64,000 bases of DNA, taken from Naegleria gruberi (taxonomy: Eukaryota). Shown in pieces: positions 57,113 to 64,000 of this stretch; position 1 is the first letter of the stretch; every line of letters begins with the position of its first letter. The translations under genes and the position numbers were made by a program. The notes under the pieces are model-generated. The model did not search any database and was not told the DNA's origin. It saw only the letters and a list, made by a program, of their open reading frames with translations. The stretch is taken from NCBI GenBank assembly GCA_000004985.1, contig GG738873.1; one strand, 5' to 3'.

Positions 57113-60100
57113 TTACTTGGATTTTTTCTTTGATGTGGTGGTACTAGTGGATGAAGGGGTAGTTTGTGGAGGTGGATTGATAAGATTGGATAAAATTTGT
57201 TGGTCTTCCTTTAAGAGATTTAAAATTTCTACAGGTGGTTTCTTAGAGAACGCTTGTCCATTTCCCATAGATTGTTGTAAATTCCATAATTTCATTGCTT
57301 CTTGTTCACCTTGTTTTAATTCTCTCTCGACAGCAACAGCTCTTCCTGTAAAATGTTCAAACCATTGTTCAGATTCCTTGACTTTTGGATCATTTTCACC
57401 ATACTTTTCTTTTAAGATCAAGTAATTCTTTCTCTCAAAAGTGACAGCATTCTTGTATTGTCTGAGGAAGTTGTAGGTCATGGCAATGGCATGGAGAGTG
57501 GTTGCTGATTGATCAGAATTTTCACCTAGAGTTGCATTATAAATTCTTAAACATTCGTGCAAGTACTTGAGAGATCTTTGCATGTCTCCCATATCTTGAT
57601 ACATCATGGCAATATTGAGCATGATGTGGGCAAGATCTGGATGATCAAATCCGCAGCACAAAACATGAATATATCTAGCTCTCAAGAAGTGTTTCAAAGC
57701 AAACTCAGCTTGTCCAACATTGAAACATAATAAACCTAAGAGTGAGTGAATTTGAGAAATGGTTGCACTGTCCAATCCCATAACTCTTCTGGAAATTAAT
57801 AAGGCGTTATGTTGATGTAAGAAAGATTGAGGTAAATCGGAGGCATTAAATAAAATGGTGGCAAGGAAACTGAAACAGGTGGCTACTTCGTTATTCATTG
57901 GGCCCTTAACTTGTTGGAACATGATAATGGCTTGTGAGAGGAATTCAAAGGCCATTTCAAAATTTCCTTTAGTGAGTTGTTGTCTACCAACATCCAAGAG
58001 ACTGTGTGCAGTCTTTGATCTTGGTGTACTGTGTTTGACAACAGGTTCAAGGGAAAGAATATCATTTTGGTTGAAAGGATTAGCAGTATTGAATTGGTAT
58101 TCTCTCAAGAGAATTTGAAGACCAATCTTCATACAGAAACTTCTAACAGTAGCAATAGTCTTGAATTTAGTGATAAAATCATCTTCTAATTCAAATCTGT
58201 AATGAGTCTTGACACGTTCCTTAATGAGGGAGAAGAGGGTAGCTTGAGTAATGTCAGTCTCTTCGAGAGCCTTCTTATCCTTCTTGTTTGGTTCATGTTC
58301 ATCAACATTGGTACCAAAGATGCAACACAAGAATTTGGAAATAAAGGTTGCCAAATTGGAATCTTCAACACTTCTCAAATACTTGTTATAGATGTGTTTG
58401 GCTGCTCTTGTAATCATTTCTTGCTTACACATCATTATAAGATGAGGAACAGAATGTTCCTTGGCAAGTTCAGCAATCTTACCTAGATATCTCATATTGA
58501 TACCTCTTTCATGCATGGCATCAGTGAGAGTTCTACCATCAAATGGATTTTCTTCTCTGAGCTTGAATGATTGAACAAACTTTGGAAGGAGGAATTCGAG
58601 GAGGAATTTACCCAATTTTTGAACCTCTTGAATATCTTGATCAATAACTTCTTGAGAACCTCCCAACTTGGTGTTAGAGTGAATATCAGTATTGAATGCA
58701 ATAACCAATTCATCCTTCTTTGTTTCTTCCTTCTTTTCCTCAGTTTCTTCCTTCTTTTCTTGTTGTTTACGTTTCTTTTGAGTAGTGACATAACTTTGAA
58801 TCAATTCTGGTCTGAAAATGGCAATCTTATTTTCAAGGAAATTGGTGTCTCTTGGAGTAATACTGATCAAATCCAAAACATAGAAACGACCATCTGAACC
58901 AACAATACCCTTGCATTCGGATGGACACAAAATGGTATGTTCCTTTCCACTTTCATCGATAATGGTATGTTCCTTAATGTGGAGCTTTTCAGCAGCTTCC
59001 TTCATGAGAGAGTGGTACTTTGGATCTGTGACAAATGATTTTCCTTCATCAATAGAACCATAGACATGTTTAGATCCTTGATCACCTTGCAAAATACCTG
59101 GAATAATACTTTGAGCGACAACTCTGTAACCTCTATAGTCAACAATTGCAGATGCAAGAGTGTGAACACCAGGAACATCAGCTTCATTGAAAGCAATAAC
59201 ACCCTTGAGGTCATTATTGGCATTTTCATAAGCATATTGATCCATATCATTTTCATCCTTTGGTTCATCAGTATTAATTGAAAAACTAAAGAAGATATTG
59301 TTTTGAATATAGACGTGGGATGATTTTTTGTCAGTTGGATTGATTGGTGAGAGGCTCTTATCAACAACTGCCTTGGCACCTTTAACAGCAGCATCAACAA
59401 AATCACAATGAATCTTGAAAAGAGTTCTATCTCTAATCAATCTTTCATCCATAGCTCCTGAAGGGAGCTCCTTACAATTTTGATATTCTTCATTCCATTC
59501 TCTTTGTTGAATTCTTGGATCAGTTCCCAACATGGTAAAGAATGATTCTTCAGCTCTATTTGGATCATATTCGTGTTTTTCCTCAATATTAATCCACTTT
59601 CTGACATGGAAAGGAACTGGTGTGACCTCAAATGGATGCTTCTTAATTCTGGAACTCAAGAGTTTTGGGAAAGTGGCTCTGAACAATGGAGAAATGTCAC
59701 AAATAAGACCAAGAAGTGTTTGATTCTTGTGTGGCTTGCTGGAAGGTAATGGATTGAACTTGATACCCTTTGTAGCATTCACATAGAATCCAGAAGGTGT
59801 GGCAGTAATGTGGAAAATTGCATTTTCCAAAGTTTCAATTTGCAAGTAGAACAAGTCACCCTTGATTTTTCTGTGTTCTGGAACAGGATTCCATGCAGAG
59901 AAGGTAATACTCTTGACACATTTTGGAAGTTCAGTATTAGAAAGCATGATGAGAGGTTCAAGAGAGCCAATTTTGAATGAATCGGCATCATATAAATTCT
60001 TTGTGTTAAATTCTTCTGGTGTTTGTGGCAATTCGACAACGCTAATCTTGTTTGTAAGATTTGGTTTCTTTTCATCGGAATTACCTTCATTGCCATTTTC

Positions 60101-60876
60101 TTCTTCATTCATTACCACAGTCTTTAATTCAACACGATCAATCTTTGAAGAAGATGTTGAAACCTTCTTCTTCTTTTTCTTTTTAGTTTCCCCAGCTGAT
60201 GAATCTGTATTTGTTGATTGTGAAGATTGATGGGATGGCAGTGTTTGACCTTCTAATTGTAAAAATTCCAAATCACAATTTAAAGCATGACCCAAATCGT
60301 TATACAGTTCAGAATTCACAGATGAGAAGAATGAAGGGAAGGAATGTTGGTTGTTTTTGGTTGCAGAATGGACAATGCCAGTAGAAAGATACAAATCGTC
60401 AATTTTAGAATAAAGTAATTCTCTCAAACGATATACGTGAGTTCTAGCTGATTTGTTATCATATGGCAGTGTGTGCATATTAATTTCTACTCCATCTTTA
60501 ATTTCAGGATAATCAGCAATGTCGGAAAAGTCATCCAAAGTCTTTCCTTTCACTGTGAATTCATAACTAGTAATGTAACTGGTCTCTACACATTCTGCTA
60601 AAAGTTGTTTAATTTCCAATGTAGAGTCACCTTTAGTAATTTGGAGTTTCAATTTACTACCAGTCAAAGTTTTGATGAAAACAGAGAAAACTTCTGCTTC
60701 CATAAAGGGTTGCTCTTGTTCTTGTTGTTCCTTTTCCATTTGATGCTCCACTTCTTGAACATATTGTTCCAAGTATTCATCCAAGTCTACACAATGTTGT
60801 CATGACAATCAAAAAATAAAAACAACCTACCTGCTTGAACCTTTTCTTCCAAGTGCATTGAAAAATCAAAAGACAT
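57113..60876 (-). CDS. CLU: clustered mitochondria protein homolog (CLU/CLUH/TIF31); exons 60831–60876 and 57113–60786 (44-nt intron GTAGGT..TAG)
   Basis: 1223+ aa with the CLU N-domain and central domain (SAWNPVPEHRKIKGDLFYLQIETLENAIFHITATPSGFYVN; GVHTLASAIVDYRGYRVVAQSIIPGILQGD) and C-terminal TPR-like repeats. Exon 1 (MSFDFSMHLEEKVQA) is joined in phase. Confidence 0.85.
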
Positions 60877-62847
60877 TTTGATGACGAATTATTTCTATAC
60901 TATTAGTTGAATGTATTTGAATCCGAAAGAACCCGACAATAATAAGGATGATAATGATGAAAAACCCAACAAAAAGTAATATGGTATTTTTTAGGGTTTC
61001 AAAAATCAACCAGAATGTGTGGTGTGTTTTGTTGAATTTTTTTTTCTTTGAGGTTTTTTGCTTCAACTAAAATTTTCTCTATCAATTTGACCGACATGAT
61101 TTTGATAGAATCGAGCAGCAGAAGATATGAATTGCTGCTTCACACACTCAAGATGAGCCAATCGGATAGATGCTTGAGAGTAATCGGCACTAATTGATTT
61201 TCAAGTGGTTGCCTAAAGGGATTATTCAAGTCAATCAATTTGATAATAGTGATAAATAATGATAATTGTGAATAAACCTGAATTGTAGTCTGTCATTTTG
61301 AATATCATTGGATTTGCAATGGTATTTAATATTCACAGTTTAAGGGTAGTCAAAAATGCATTATTGAAAAATTGTCCTCGTTTCATTGAGCTCCTGATAA
61401 CAATAGATTCTTTATACATAACAAACTTGAATACATCTCTGTGGAGAAATGGCCATTTTCACATATCTTCTCTTATATCTGTATTTGTAAAGTTGCTTAT
61501 TCCCTGCTGTTGACTTTAAGTGTTCGAAAAGGTATAACATTTTTCCAAAATTAAGATAACATGTCACCTTAGTCACTCAATATGCATATTATTTGACTTT
61601 TTTCAAAGAGATTTGAGCTCAAACTGTAAGATCTGAAAATACAGGATTCTCAGTGCTAACCATGATTTTGCTTTTCCATCTTAGAGATCTATCATTGAAT
61701 CTCCTAGCAGTTTGATAATTACAACATCTGTTCGTCTCTTTACCAAAACTTTCTCAACCAACATTGAATTAATACAATGCCACAACAGTTTAACATGACC
61801 AATTTATTAGATATTGAACAGCACATCCTGACTATGGAGTGGGTTAAAAAGACCATGGATTCTTAATGAATTGGATCTTATTGTTTTGTATTGTTAGTCA
61901 TAACCAAAGAATCACTTGCATTTTTCATTCAACTTTTTGCAGTTCTCATCCAGCTGTCACCCTCAAAACAAACCCATCACACCGAAAAAGAACCTGACAG
62001 AATAGCAAACACTGCTTGGTTGAATGCAAACCAAACAACATATTTTCTGCTTGATTAGCTAGTAATCTCCCTCACTACCAGTCATCAAACGCTGAACCTC
62101 TTCAATTTCTTCTTCTTCATTCACAAACAACATCAATAGCAATCTGAGTAAGTAGGAGAATCATTCCCAAAGCTCTCAGTTATTGCATTTGGGTTGAAGA
62201 TTCTCAGCAAGAAACTACGTCGAAAAAAAATCGCAACCGCCCTTTTACCGCCAACTCTCTTTCCAAACAACAACATACTTATTGTGTGTTCAATACTACT
62301 AGACTTCTTGGTACATTACGCAGCGAGAATCATCATTAGTAATAGACAATAATACATTCTAACAACAAGAGTAGTACATCAAGAAGAAGAAGAAGAATTT
62401 TTTCAATTCACTCTAGTAGAAATATTTGAAAACGTTTAATAGCCTGTGGCGATACAACTAAACCTTTCCCTTTTTCATAGTCAAAAGTTCAACCTCGGTT
62501 GTGTGGCTGTTCCGAAGATTCTCATCCAAGATCATCATCATCACTAGTAGTATCATCTTTTGAGGATCCATCATCCCCTTCATATCTTTATATTTATTCT
62601 GTTTATAGATATTGTTTCATACTGTACATATATTCCAATTCTAATTATCTGGCACGATCAGCATTGAACAAGTTAATTGATTATCTAAACTACCATTATC
62701 CCTTTTCCATTTAATCTATATCATCAACAAGATTATATATAACTGAAAAGAATCATTTCAGAAAAAAGTTTAAACATCTCTCGACTGTAAGTACAAGTTA
62801 CAATATTTATTCATGATCATTTATTTCAATTTATTGAATCATAGAAT

Positions 62848-63609
62848 ATGACAAGCCTGATTGATACTGTTGAACAAGTTGTCTCCCCAACATCAACAAC
62901 ATCTCCAATGATTAACATACACTCAGCGTGTACTTCCTCCTGTTCCTTTGATTGCACAGCAGAAAGAGAAACAACATGCTATGAAGATGCCTGCTCTGAA
63001 CATAGCTGTGGTGATCACCACCACGAAGAAACAAGAGAGCATGCACCAGCTACAAATATGCCTCTTGTAGTAGGCCCTGCTCTAGTTTCCCCGACTGCTG
63101 TTGCCAATGGCTGCAAATCGTGTTATACTAGACCACCACATTTGAGAGCCAAGTGTTGTGGACCTGGTAAGGCAAAGCTCTTTAAGAAAAAGTCAAAGGT
63201 TTTGGGAGCTGTATTGGCAGAGAGTGGAATTCTTTCTGATTTGTTAGAGAAGGAAAAACAAGAAAAGGATTCCCTCTCGAATACTGGTTCATACATTCAC
63301 CTCACTCAATTTACATCTGTTGTTGGTGAAGAAAACAATTGTACAAAAGAAGTACTCACCACTACTTCACATAAGGAACACGTAGACGAGACATTGATAG
63401 AACAAGCCAACCATAGCAGCTTACCTCCACTGGTAGATGTTTCCACACATCAAGAAGCCATTGAAAAACCTTCGAGAATGAGATCCTTTTTGAGTGGATT
63501 ATTACAGAGAAAACAAAAGGTTATGGTAACTCTGGGTTTTTCTGGTGATTCCTCAACAACAAGTATGGAAACAACTTCTGATTCTTCACTGACGACAACA
63601 GAAAACTAG
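62848..63609 (+). CDS. hypothetical protein with Cys/His-rich N-terminus and Ser/Thr-rich C-terminus (possibly incomplete gene model)
   Basis: 253-aa ORF only; no recognisable domain. Confidence 0.3.
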   Translation: MTSLIDTVEQVVSPTSTTSPMINIHSACTSSCSFDCTAERETTCYEDACSEHSCGDHHHEETREHAPATNMPLVVGPALVSPTAVANGCKSCYTRPPHLRAKCCGPGKAKLFKKKSKVLGAVLAESGILSDLLEKEKQEKDSLSNTGSYIHLTQFTSVVGEENNCTKEVLTTTSHKEHVDETLIEQANHSSLPPLVDVSTHQEAIEKPSRMRSFLSGLLQRKQKVMVTLGFSGDSSTTSMETTSDSSLTTTEN

Positions 63610-64000
63610 ACACTTCCTGATGTTAACAAGTTACAATATTCCTATAGTCAAATGACAATAGTCATTCTCGTTTTCCAATTGTGCTTCATAGCACTTCCAT
63701 TAGCGAAACATTTCGATGAATTTGTGAAATGTCAAGATGGAAAATCCCTCCATTAATTTATTTAACTCCTAAATGAATGGCAAGTGCCATTACTCACCTC
63801 TCATAATAAATCTAAAAACCGAACGATTTCATTATTAAACAAGTCAAAAGTCTTGAACAAAATTCAATCTCTGCAAAGAGATATTGGAATATTAAGTTTA
63901 TTACTGAATCACACTTTTAAGGTCCCACCTTTCAGTAGGAGGATAGTGGACTGCATGTGACTTTCCTACTTCAACTCGAGTTTTCAAAGTTAATAACTCT

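Noticed and set aside
1-64000. Reading the window as a prokaryotic or phage island with operons
   Set aside because: Phase-consistent GT-AG introns restore conserved motifs in the CDK7, WIPI, CLU, LRAT, kinase and GTPase genes. The tRNAs are eukaryotic cytoplasmic type, and the retroelements present (LINE, RT/RNase H element) are eukaryotic-type

Overview
About 61 kb of readable sequence (2823–64000; 1–2822 is an N gap, and 50-N scaffold gaps sit at 5268–5317 and 8188–8237) from an AT-rich eukaryotic nuclear scaffold. It is not prokaryotic. The genes are interrupted by very short spliceosomal introns (38–69 nt, nearly all with GTAAGT/GTATGT/GTTAGT donors and AG acceptors), and the two tRNA genes (Lys-CTT, Asp-GTC) have cytoplasmic eukaryotic-type sequences. 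I cannot assign the organism. The compact introns, AT richness and gene content are compatible with a small invertebrate-metazoan or protist genome, but this is a guess.

Content from left to right:
- a 3'-truncated retrotransposon (gag-like ORF plus RT/RNase H pol), minus strand;
- two adjacent copies of an RTE-like non-LTR retrotransposon (APE + RT, single ORF), each defective, separated by an assembly gap;
- a ~490-bp foldback element with ~115-bp terminal inverted repeats;
- a cluster of four paralogous multi-exon genes (A 12262–16286 minus, B 26402–29130 minus, C 29343–32084 plus, D 32663–36314 plus). Each encodes a secreted protein with an N-terminal ~110-aa helical module, RCC1-like repeats and Kelch-like repeats. 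A and D additionally carry Cys-rich/EGF-like and fibrinogen-related (FReD) C-terminal modules;
- interleaved housekeeping genes: a CDK7-like kinase, an ankyrin-repeat protein, a WIPI/Atg18 PROPPIN, and a SAM + LRAT/NlpC-P60-like protein;
- two receptor-like genes with NHL repeats, EGF-like repeats, one TM helix and a Ser/Thr-type kinase domain (38295–43196 with five introns; 50880–54752 intronless);
- an intronless gene with SH3b-like modules and a possible glycoside-hydrolase-like C-terminus, a candidate horizontal acquisition;
- NFU1, a PPTC7-like PP2C, an F-box + divergent Ras-like GTPase, two tRNAs with a 52-aa Cys-rich ORF between them, and a CLU/TIF31 (clustered mitochondria) homolog.

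The most interesting signal is the tandem or divergently arranged RCC1-Kelch-(EGF-FReD) secreted family together with the NHL-EGF receptor kinases. Together they look like a lineage-specific extracellular recognition locus with no standard annotation category.
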